This document shows, piece by piece, positions 10,561 to 21,008 of a stretch of DNA of 64,000 nt. The position numbers were made by a program, and so were the translations under genes. The notes below the pieces were generated by a model, which worked only from the letters and a program-made list of their open reading frames with translations, was not told where the DNA came from and ran no database searches. Origin of the DNA: Diadema antillarum (taxonomy: Eukaryota). The stretch covers positions 5,270,001 through 5,334,000 of the forward strand of contig NW_027270896.1 in NCBI RefSeq assembly GCF_040938485.1, in the 5' to 3' direction. Each line of letters begins with the position of its first letter. The first letter of the stretch is position 1.

Positions 10561-12940
10561 GTACAGGTGGCTTTTGTACAGCATTGGTGGATATTGGAGC
10601 AGTACTGACATTCTTCTTCAAGTTGCTTGATGCTTCCTGTCTAAAGTAGTGCCTGTGCAGTTCCCACTGCTCAATCAACCAATCTAGTGCTTTCTCTAAT
10701 AACAGCCACCGAGTGCACACATGCTTGAGGGTGGCATGTTGCTCCAGTTCACACATCACTTGGAATTACCTGTACTCCTTCTGCCTCTTGCTCTATTTTT
10801 CCAGGAAGTAGTAGATAGGGATCATCAAGTCTACCGGATCTGGTCAGCTCTTTTCTCTGCAGCAAAATGTATCAGATGGCATAGGCAAGCTTCCAAGACC
10901 AGCATCCTTCTTCAAGTTGCTTGATGCTTCCTGACTGAAGTAGTGCCTGTGCAGTCCCCACTGCTCAATCAACCAATCTAGTGCTTTCTCTTATAATAGC
11001 CACCAAGTGCACACATTCTTGAGAATAATATGTTGCTCCAGTTCACACATCACTTGGAATTGCCTGTACTCCTTTTGCCTCTTGCTCAATTTTTCCATTA
11101 CGTAGTAGATAGGGATCAGCAAGTCTACTGGAGCAAAAGAAAGTTGGTCAGCTCCTTTCTGTGCAGCAAGATGCATCAGATGACATAGGCAGCCCATGAT
11201 AGAGATGTTGTTCTTCTCGGTCACTGAGGCACAAACTCTATTCTTCTTCCCCATCATGACAGCTGCATTGTCAGCTGAGAACCACAAAATGTTCTCCCAC
11301 AAAAGTCTATTCTCAACCAAAAATCGTGTCAACAAGAAGATTTAAAAAGCTGTCATGATATTATTTCATCGTATTTTCTTTCAACACAGTGATAATAGGA
11401 ACTTGCTCAGCCGATGGCTGTTATACTACAAGTCTGTTCAGACAATATATCAAGAGAAACATAGCACAGTAGATTCAAGGTACAAAATGGAAACTCTTTA
11501 ACAATGAAGAGAATTAAAAAAAATTGTAACTCTAATATGGAGAGAATAAACACATACCATCATCTCCATAGGCAATCTTTGAAGGGTTGGTTGACGCTGA
11601 CGTCGAGAGGTTGAAGGACGGACGTCATGCCTCTGGGGATCATTACGAGGTTGGTATTGCTGTCTTTCAGGAGTTCCTTGGTTTGAGCCGTGTGGTGACA
11701 CCGAAAAGCGTCCAAGACCAGCATGCTGCGTTTACGAGAGAGCCCGCCCACTCACCGATTCCAGACGACCTGCAACCAGTCTTCAATGAGCGCCTTATCC
11801 ATCCAGCCTTTCTCTTGAGCCCTCATGATGACGCCTGAAGGGAATTGTACCTTGGGGATGGTCTTGTGCTTGAAGATAATGTAGGGCGGCACTTGCCCCC
11901 ATCAGCGGTGCAGGAAAGCATGACTGTGAAGCGATCCTTCTCATGGCCTGTGGTGGTCATGCTGACGGACTGGTGTACATTGTAGCTCTTGGTGCAGCAC
12001 CTGTGGTCCTGTTGTAGCAGTAGTAGTTCTTGGTGCAGAACTGGTGGTCTTTGTCTAGTACTCTGGTGGCTCCTGGTGCAGCACTGCTGGTCTTTTGTGT
12101 AGGACTGGTAGCTCGATCTTAGCGCAACACTGGTGGTCGTTGTATAGCATGTACTGGTACAAAGGGATCTAGAGCCCGTTGTGCAGTACAGGTGGCTTTT
12201 GTACAGTATTGGTGGATTTTGGAGCAGTGCTGACATTCTTCTTCAAGTTGCTTGATGCTTCCTGTCTAAAGTAGTGCCTGTGCAGTTCCCACTGCTCGAT
12301 CAACCAATCTAGTGCTTTCTCTAATAACAGCCGCCGAGTGCACACATGCTTGAGGGTGGCATGTTGCTCCACTCCACCCATCACTTGGAATCGCCTGTAC
12401 TCCTTTTGCCTCTTGCTAGATTTTTCCAGGAAGTAGTAGACAGGGATCTGCAAGTCCATTGGATCAAAAGGAGGCTTGTCAGCTCCTTTCTCTGCAGCAA
12501 AATGCATCAGATGGCATATGGGCAGCCCATGATAAAGATGTTGTCGTTCTTCTTAGTCACAAAGGCACAAACTCTATTCTTCCTTCCGCGCCCCATCATG
12601 ACAGCTGCATTGTCAGCAGAAAAGCACAAAACGTTCTCCCACCAAAGTCTATTCTCCACAAAAAATCTTGTCAGCAAGAAGATTGAAAAAGCCATCATAT
12701 AATTTCATTCTAATTTTTCTTTCAACACAGTGATAATGGGAACTTGCTCAGCCTGTGGCTGTTATACTACAAGTCTGTTCATATGGTATAACAATAGAAA
12801 CATAGCACAGTAGATTCAAGGTACAAAATGGAAACTCTTTAACAACGAAGAGAATAAAAAAATTGTAACTGTAATATTTCAATTCAATAGTTTGTTTGTT
12901 TATTTCCATCATCACAAATATGGAGAGAATAAACACACAA
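10353..12940. repeat. Tandem segmental duplication inside the hAT element (copy A ~10353-11554, copy B ~11981-12940)
   Basis: Near-identical blocks, e.g. TGTAGCTCTTGGTGCAGCACCTGTGGTC at 10353 and 11981. Copy A has a further ~300-bp internal duplication (10600-10900 vs 10905-11190). Confidence 0.9.
11557..11970 (-). pseudogene. pogo/CENP-B-family DDE_1 transposase fragment
   Basis: TTGHEKDRFTVMLSCTADGGK / PPYIIFKHKTIPK...GWMDKALIEDWLQVVW...KRSMLVLDAFRCH...IPRGMTSVLQPLDVSVNQPFKD; one frameshift and internal stops; GC-rich relative to flanks. Confidence 0.9.
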
Positions 12941-12989
12941 ACTATGGAGAGAATAAAAAAATATGGAGAGAATAAACACACAAACAAAA

Positions 12990-13385
12990 ACCTCACATTA
13001 AACAAAACAGCAATGGTACTTATCACATTGCATAATACTAAGCTCTATAATTTAATAGTGTGTGATAAATGATAAGCTATATCATTCTACTTCTGCTTGA
13101 AATAAAACCTGAAATCATTTAAATTCGTGAAATTCTTACGTTGATATAGGGCAATTTGTCAATCAGTTGCAACCTGAAATTATTGCAACTCATAATTTAA
13201 ATCTCATGTCGAATTAATAAGACAAAAGCCTCACATTAAACAAAACAGCAGTGGTGCTTATCACATTGCATAATACTAAGCTTTATAACTTAATAGTGTG
13301 TGATAAATGATAAGCTATATCTACTTCATCTTGAAATAAAACCTGAAATCATTACAACTCATAATTTAAATCTCACATTGAATTT
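12990..13385. repeat. Local tandem duplication of ~150-240 bp in an AT-rich hAT intron-like segment
   Basis: CCTCACATTAAACAAAACAGCA.TGGT.CTTATCACATTGCATAATACTAAGC occurs at ~12990 and ~13230. Confidence 0.8.
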
Positions 13386-15167
13386 TCTTCCACTTTTTAC
13401 TCCCTCTGTATTTGTAAACTTCTGCATTGAAAATTGGTTGAGAACTCAGCATAAAACAGCCTCTTAAAAGATAATCTGTGTAATAAGATATAGAATATGG
13501 ATAAAAACTTGCCTTGTCAGGTTGAACTCTCATCCATAGTTATAGTTATCTGTAGGAGGGCCCTATTAGCTTACTACAGTCTTCATCACAATTATGTAAT
13601 GATAACAAGATACAGCGGCTGTTCCTTTGTGGCACAATCACATCTTCCACCTGTTGATATGGAAAACCTTGTCTCTCTGATCTTCTTCACAATATCTGCT
13701 GAACAAAAATTAAAGATAAAGGATATTAATCAGTCCAGGATAGTATTCAGCCCAATATAGAATTTTGAAATTTATCAAAGAATCATTGAGGAAACATGAT
13801 CATTTACAAATTTCATACCAAATTACACTCATATGAATCCAGTTTCAGATGTAAATGTCTAATCCTGCAAAGTCAGGTGTGGGATAGACAATAATTTATA
13901 TTCTCTGATGAATTTGTTCGTAAATATTTAAAAAAAAATGATCTAATTCATAGCTATTAATATGAATAGGCCTAGTTGAAACAGATGCCGAAACAGCATC
14001 ATAACCTTGTTTCATTCTTTTTTTAATCATCTGAACAATTTGACTCATACCAGTTTATGAAAATATGTACACAATATATCAATAAATGTAGGACCTAAAC
14101 ATAACAATACGCAAACCTTTTGTTTCTAAACCCAAAGTCTGTGCTGTTGCCATGGTTTCTCTTCTCTGGCATGCAGATTTCTTTGTGGTTCTGCTATCTG
14201 AAATCATCTCACGAGAACTAGTTAGGTGATCAGCAACAGCCATCGGCACATTGTGTTCTAGGGTGAACTGTGCCATCAGAGTATCTGCTCGTATTGTGGC
14301 ATTGTCTTTGGAGAGAACAACTTTATGATGTTGTTGCTTCCAGCTACTTAAAGGATTGTGATACTTGGTGAGTGGTGTGTAGGTGTGCAACTTGAAGTCT
14401 CTTGCTCCCCTGTTAGAGATAGAAATATCACATGAACTCAGAATATATCTTGCATAGACTTTTCCTTTACTAGATAATGCAGCTTTCATCATGTGCACTC
14501 ACGTCGTACACTATATATGGTAGGTAGGCCTACATGTTGTGTATCCTGTGTACATTTTAGTGCACCTATTGTTACTTGCGGTACTTTTTTTTTTTTTTTC
14601 TCATGAATTCATACTTTTTGGAGGTGTTTTTGCATTTTTGCGTGCCCTTCAGATTTTCCTTGCAACTGCATATTTTTCTTAACGGTTGGCAGTTCTGTGT
14701 ATATGCAATGGTATGTTGCCAGAAAATTGGATGTCAGTATACAGTGATGGTTAAGAAATGGCATAGAGGTATATTTAGTCTTACAACATACTCTAGGAAT
14801 GTTTCTTAATTCCACAGCATGCTGCTTCCATCATTGGCTGTTTGTGTACATGTACATAATTATATACGTATATATGACCAATGGAGAAAATCCCAAAAGA
14901 GTATTTGGTTCTAGGAGAACATCACAAATGTCCTCCTTTACTGTAATCATCCAGTATAACCAATCCCTGAATGCTTTTTGAGGAACGGTAGAAATAGTGC
15001 ACAATGTTGAATTATGTGCACAAACAGTGTGCTTTCTGTAAGATCAACAATGAAAGTTTTTAGGCAAAAGCCTGAACTCAGGTTCTGATAGTATGGTGTG
15101 GATTGAGTAATCAGTGAGTGCTTTTGAAAATCTTAGTCCATTTCCATGGCTTGCATAGTAGGCAACA

Positions 15168-15357
15168 CAGACCTCCCAACCATACTGAGTTTGGAGGAAA
15201 GAATCTGAATTTTGACCACTCCCAGCTCTTGTTTCAAGAGGAGCTTCCTATTTTTCAAAATAATTTTACTACAAACTCCTATGGGAATTGCTCATTCTAT
15301 CCTATTTTTTGAGCCAAATCATCCCTATTTTTTTAATCAGAAGGGTTGGGAGGTCTG
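15168..15357. mobile_element. 190-bp hAT-type MITE (CAGACCTCCCAACC TIR)
   Basis: Perfect 14-bp TIR CAGACCTCCCAACC / GGTTGGGAGGTCTG; flanks GCAACA / GCAATA. Confidence 0.8.
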
Positions 15358-16643
15358 GCAATATATATATTCTATTAATTGCTATGAACAATACGTAGTC
15401 CTATAATGATAAAACTGGTTACAGAGGGCAATCTGTAAACATTTTTTGTCTTTATGTTGGACAATATCATATCAAGTATTTTCATCATGCATCAGAAGCC
15501 AAAGATAAACAAAGGAACTTTTCTATGTGGACAAAAGAAAAGAACCTTTCAATTGTGTTTCTTTTTTTCAATTATTATTTATTTTTGTTTTGTTTGATAT
15601 TGTTTTGTTTTGGTTTTTTTTTTTGATCAGACATATTTCTGACAAAATTGTGCTTTAAATATCATCATGCTCGCATAATAATTATGAGGATGAAGGAAGT
15701 GCTGACAGTAAGGTGATTGTTGTATCAAAACTGAATTGTTGGAAGGGCATCGGTGACACAATGTACTTGTAGATGCTATCTTGGTAGGACAATCTTAACT
15801 AAGTTTACTATGAATAATTGAATCAAAAAAAAAAAATGAAATAAGCAAACTATAGTATTCAGAGTCACATAATTGTAACACAAGAATTGTGTCATTACTT
15901 ACATTGTATAATTACAGGACTGGTGAATCAGTGATCCTGTGTGTATAATCATTATGATCATGACAAATACAAATTGTATCAGCTCTACCATATGATTTAT
16001 TGAGAAGCTGTGTGCAGGGTTTTCTGTTGAATAAGTGCCGCAAGTGTGTTGGCAGTGCCATATTGTAAATTCAGTCAAGTGTGCTTTGCTTATGTCAAGC
16101 ATTTTCACAAGTACATTGTATGTATGTGTGTGTGTGGGGGGGGGGGGGGGGGGGGGAAGATAGAAAATCACTTTGAATGCAGAAAATAGAATTGGACTAT
16201 GATTGCATATCTGCCGAGAGATGGACAAGGAATTATTATTATTGCATGGGATCAGCACAAGAAGATAGCAATTCAAATCAAACAAGAAGCACTGTGTGTG
16301 CATGGTCCATCTCGGAGCATCTGGCAATATTAAACACTTACAGGATAAAGTTATATAACAAATAATGCATAGTTCCTTTCTACTGTGAATATTAGATTAC
16401 ATGTTATCATATCACAATACTGCATGTTTTAATATACCGTAACCATTGTGTTTTGGGAAATTATATACAGTATCAAAATATTGAATGCCCCTCCCCCCCC
16501 CCCCAAAAAAAAAAAAAAAAAAAAAAAAAAATGGAGAAGAAGTCACAGATTCGTGCTAGACTTTAAACCTTTTATTGGCAAGTATTTATGTGTATTATAA
16601 GTTCTGCATCACGTGCATGGAACTTGAATAGAAAAGGGCATTC

Positions 16644-16732
16644 AACCCAGTGAAGACATTCCCGAGAATGCTCGGACAGGTGTCTATGGAAAAATGCATA
16701 TTATTGCAAAATCAATCCGTCCTCAACGGGTT
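16644..16732. mobile_element. Second copy of the ~90-bp AACCCG...CGGGTT mini element
   Basis: Homologous to 307-395. Confidence 0.5.
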
Positions 16733-17090
16733 GATAAACCATTGTCTTTCATACATTGTAATGCATTTTTTTTTTTTTTTTTTTTGTAAACTGTTCCACC
16801 TTGAGGCATGAATTGTTTGTGTCATGTAAGGCTGACACATGTGTATTGAATCAGAATGGCATGAGAATATTTTGTGATTAAGGTTATGCCTAAAAACCTG
16901 AGAGCATTTGAACATATTCCAAAACTTGCTGAAGGAAATATGACAATCTTCAAGAATTTGACATGTAGACTGTTTTGACATTGTTGAAAATGTTAGACCT
17001 GTAAAAAGTTTTGTTTGAAGCCAACATTATAGTAGTTCCACCCTATGTCTTTAATGTTAACTGAATAAAGGTATTGTGCAGTGGAAATAA

Positions 17091-17612
17091 GAAGATAAGC
17101 CTAAACGGGTAAATATATATATGATAGGCTGTGAAAAGGCGAGCTATGAATGTAATATCAATTGTGCTCATCTGTGGCAAAATGACCACTTATAGTTTGT
17201 TTGCATTTACCTTAAAAAGTGTTGTGTGTTAACTTGTCAGAAATTTTCAACATCACATATTGTAAATATGAGGATAAGCCCCAAAGGGTAAAGACACGTA
17301 TATCTATAGGCTGTGAAAAAGTTAAGCTATGAATGTAGGGTCAATTGTGATGATGTGTGGCAAAATGACCACATAGCTTGTTTGCATTTACCTTAAAAAG
17401 TATTGTTGGAAATTTTCATCAACATTACGTATGGTGGAGTCAAAATATGAAGATTAGCTGAAAAGGATAGAAGGCTGTGAAAAAATGAGCTATGAATCAA
17501 TGTAATGTCAATTATGATCCTGTTTGGCAAAATGACCACATAGTTTGTTTACATTTTCCTTTAGAAAGTGTTGATTGTTAACTTAGTAGAAATTTTCATC
17601 AACATTATCTAA
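17091..17612. repeat. Three diverged tandem copies of a ~179-bp unit
   Basis: GGCTGTGAAAA...AGCTATGAAT...GGCAAAATGACCAC...TTTGCATTTACCTTAAAAAG recurs with unit starts at ~17091, 17270 and 17449. Confidence 0.85.
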
Positions 17613-18664
17613 CAAGTCACATAGAGTGCTGTCTGTAGTCAAAAACATTATAAAGATATGTCTGAAATGTTTCAGGAAGTGCCGATACTGTGTGTGGGAA
17701 ATGTGCTGAAGTATTCACGATGGTGAAGAGGACGCAGTGAGCATTAAGTGTGTGAAATTGTGACAGGGTATAGTATAGTATATGCATCATTTATTACCAT
17801 CTTCATACATGTACAGTGTGATATACAGAAATCATTATGTTCATATACAATATACTAATTGTAGAATATGTTAGGCGTAGTATTATCATATTTTGAAAGT
17901 ATGCACCAGTTTTCAAGAATAGCTCCACAACTTAAAGCTTAAATCAATGTTGACAGAAGAGTGACCTTATGACTAGACTTGAGAACTGATAATTTATTAT
18001 GTGGAGTTCTTTTTTAAATGGTTGATAATGATTAATTATGTTCTTTAATGTAAATATCAAGTCCACCTCTACCTTGTACACAAACCACCTGGTAACTATA
18101 TCTGTTATTGTTTGCATCTCTAATGGATAATACTGGTTGTGGCTATCTTCTTAGTCTCTGTGTAGTCAAATCTAATTTCTTATTTTCAGCAATGAACACG
18201 CTGATGTAAATGACTTCTGTGCGTAGTGTATCGGACAAACTTTGCTTATGTTTCCCTTAGTGTCAGAAGGTGGATATAAAGGCATAAATTGTATCTTTGA
18301 TTAAAACAAGTTCTCTTTAGAATATAACCTTAAAACATTCCAATTTGTTTATACTTGCTCATCGATAATGCTTACCTACATAAGAGCTGTAAAAAGGAAT
18401 ATCTGGATGTTTTAATTCAGTGTTTCCTGACTCACCTTGGAAAATTGTTATTACTTTTTTTTTTTTGTAAAACAAATGATACATAGAATACCGAAGTGTG
18501 ACATCATAAACATATATTATCACTTTGTTCTCTATAGGGATTTATCATGAATCAATGAAATAGTATTACTTCTTATATTGTGGAAATGGACCAAAATACC
18601 CATGGCTGTCCATACAAGTTTTGACCATTCAAGGCAATCCACTCAAGTATGTGCATCATGTGTA

Positions 18665-19240
18665 TAATAGATGCAATCTTACTTTGTTTTTTGTTTTTTG
18701 TTTTTGTTTTTTGTTTTTGCTGAACTTTTGATGTTGGTGTATGGGACATGTCTTTCAATCAAACATCCTTTTAGAACATCAGAGATATTTTTTTCTCTCT
18801 TTCTGCGAAAGTTTTGATGGTGGTATGTGTAATATGTTATTGTATTTCAAAACATTCTGTCATAACTGAAATTAGAGATACAGTATATGGTTTTTTTTCT
18901 CTTTTTTCTCTCTCAAGTATTGATGTTAATAAGTGTGAACGACATGTCTTTCCTTAAAACATTCTATCGTAAGTTGAATAACAGAATGTGCTTTTTTTTT
19001 GCTGATCTTTTGATGGTAATATTTGTATACATGTCTTTCATAAGCATTCCGTAATAACGTGATAACAGATGTGCTTTTCCTTTCTTTTGCTGAACTTTTG
19101 ATGTACAATGTACATGTAACAAACTCATGCAAAATGTCTTTCATTAAAATTTTCTGTTGTAACTTGAATATGAGATGTGCTTTTCTTTTTTTTTTCCTGC
19201 TAAACTTTGGATAATACTATGTGTCTACAATATGCCTTTT
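18665..19240. repeat. About six diverged tandem copies of a ~90-110-bp unit
   Basis: Anchor GCTGAACTTTTGATG-like motif at ~18719, 18805, 18913, 19001, 19090 and 19199, several followed by ATGTCTTTCA...AGATGTGC. Confidence 0.7.
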
Positions 19241-19959
19241 ATCATCACACATAGTCATTAAGCGTTGAGTAGAGAAGCACTGACTGTATGTGTGAAGTGA
19301 CTTTCAAAGCTCTGTTTGCATAGTGGAGGCCAGTAGAAAATACAGAGTGGTCATTATGCCAAATCACTTGTCTTGACCTAATGCAATTGCTGGGCGTGCG
19401 TCGGCATATGACGATTTTGTATTTGCGTCGAATATGTTTGTCTGATTAATATCACGTTTTTTTTCTAAATAAGCAAAAAAAGAAACAAACAAACAAACAA
19501 ATAATTCCATTCTGACGTGGACACAAAGAAAAGACTCACCATGTACACCAGCATTATCGCAACCTCTTTTTAAGGCCGATAAAGATAGACGAAAACGAAT
19601 CTCCATGAGCCCCTTCGAGAAGTTTCTTATATCAATTACTCATTCTCTCTCCTTTTTTTTAGGTGTATTCATTGTCATTATTATCATTCATCTGATTATC
19701 TGGTTGGCGGCTTTCATACGTCCTTCTTTATGATTAAAGAACTTGGGTAAAATGGCAATACCACATGCATGATCCCTTTTGCTGAGCTAGTGACTTGTTC
19801 GTAGTATGGACTGGCTAACTGGTCTGCTTCATTTTACTGGATGTTTTGACATTCACATCGGTTTCTTCGGTATTCTGTATTAGATGAGATCATTTAAGAC
19901 AACACACACACACTGACACGCATACAACAACAACAAAATTCCCTGTCAAATCGATAACT

Positions 19960-20277
19960 CTTTACAAAATTACATGGCAGGCTGGCTGAAGTCATCCCAA
20001 TGACAAGAAAGGAATTCAAACTCAGAAATTGTGAAGACATTACCTAATCACACGATTCATGTACATAAAAAAGGTGTTCTACAAAATTGCTCGAAATACA
20101 ATATCCTATATTCGTTCTATGCTCCCAAACTTTAGAAAAATGTAGAAGAAGAATTGCTCTTTCAGAAAATAAGAAAAAGTCCAGATGGGTTCGGTTGACC
20201 CGTTTCATCTCTTTTGAGTCCTCATGTAAAATTAGGGCGTGTGGCTTTTTGTTGGTTTTTGTGATATACGGTCACAT
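19960..20277 (+). mobile_element. Partial, diverged 3' half of the 690-bp ATGTGACC family
   Basis: CTTTCAGAAAATAAGAAAAAGTC...GGTTGACCCGTTTCA...GTCCTCATGTAAAAT...CGGTCACAT matches 2020-2138. Confidence 0.65.
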
Positions 20278-20869
20278 ATCATGATATGAAAAAATATATC
20301 ATTATAAGTGTAATAATATATGTTATGATACAGTTGGAAAATTAATTTAAGGTGTTCTTTCTGTGTATAAAATACTCGAGGCAAGTGCACGTGTTCAAAA
20401 TTTAAAAAGTATTACATTTTAGCACCCTAAACTGCACTGGCATCACACAATAGGCCACACAGATTTCCTTGATAGCTACCCCCAGGTCTCAGTTTAATAC
20501 ACACGCACCCACGCATTCATAAACTACTACTTTCACTCGCCAAGTATATCCTATTCCTCAAAAACGCTGTAGACACTCCCCAAGTAACCTTCATTTGCTT
20601 CAATCTGCACAGGGCTGGGTCCCCACCCCCACCCAGTTAAGTACAAAATGCTAGTTCAGTAACAGAATCGTCCAACACAACAAATTTAGAAACTGCTTGT
20701 AACTTGTGATGTTTACTCTCAATAAGACACGGTGAATAATTCTTGATAAAGACATCGTTTCGAGTTTAAGCACGTAAAATAAAAACTTTCTATAGCATGA
20801 TCCCACAACATCCTGCCGGCATCTTAAATCTTAATAATAATCATAATCATAATAATCATAATCGTAATG

Positions 20870-21008
20870 NNNNNNNNNNNNNNNNNNNNNNNNNNNNNNN
20901 NNNNNNNNNNNNNNNNNNNNNNNNNNNNNNNNNNNNNNNNNNNNNNNNNNNNNNNNNNNNNNNNNNNNNNNNNNNNNNNNNNNNNNNNNNNNNNNNNNNN
21001 NNNNNNNN
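20870..21008. other. Assembly gap (139 N) next to an (ATA/ATC)n microsatellite
   Basis: Run of N counted directly. Confidence 0.98.

Larger units (their letters stand above)
7130..14498 (-). pseudogene. Fragmented hAT transposase (BED-finger N-terminus, RNase-H-like core, C-terminal dimerisation domain), probably intron-containing
   Basis: In N-to-C order: ~14090-14498 KGKVYARYILSSCDISISN...AQFTLEHNVPMAVADHL; ~13490-13705 FSISTGGRCD (first catalytic D lost); 12240-12700 and duplicate 10600-11340 SADNAAVMMG...GCLCHLMHLAA...LKHVCTRWLLL...LIEQW; ~7130-8110 YILKRLSITNEILRQASVAHP...ADDMWVKI...IPCSNAVDESIFSLVRKNFTEFQPSL. Many stops and frameshifts. Confidence 0.85.
6890..14697 (-). mobile_element. 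Decayed 7.8-kb hAT-superfamily DNA transposon with TIRs and 6-bp TSD
   Basis: TIRs CAGAGCTGCCAACT (6890) and GGTTGGCAGTTCTG (ends 14697), 12/14 match. Direct repeat TGTATA at 6884-6889 and 14698-14703. hAT transposase fragments lie colinearly inside on the minus strand. Confidence 0.82.

Noticed and set aside
19364-19606. Minus-strand ORF with a GTGAGT donor near 19540 as a first exon; further donor near 21238
   Set aside because: No in-frame downstream exon or protein similarity could be found; a lncRNA cannot be excluded without RNA data.
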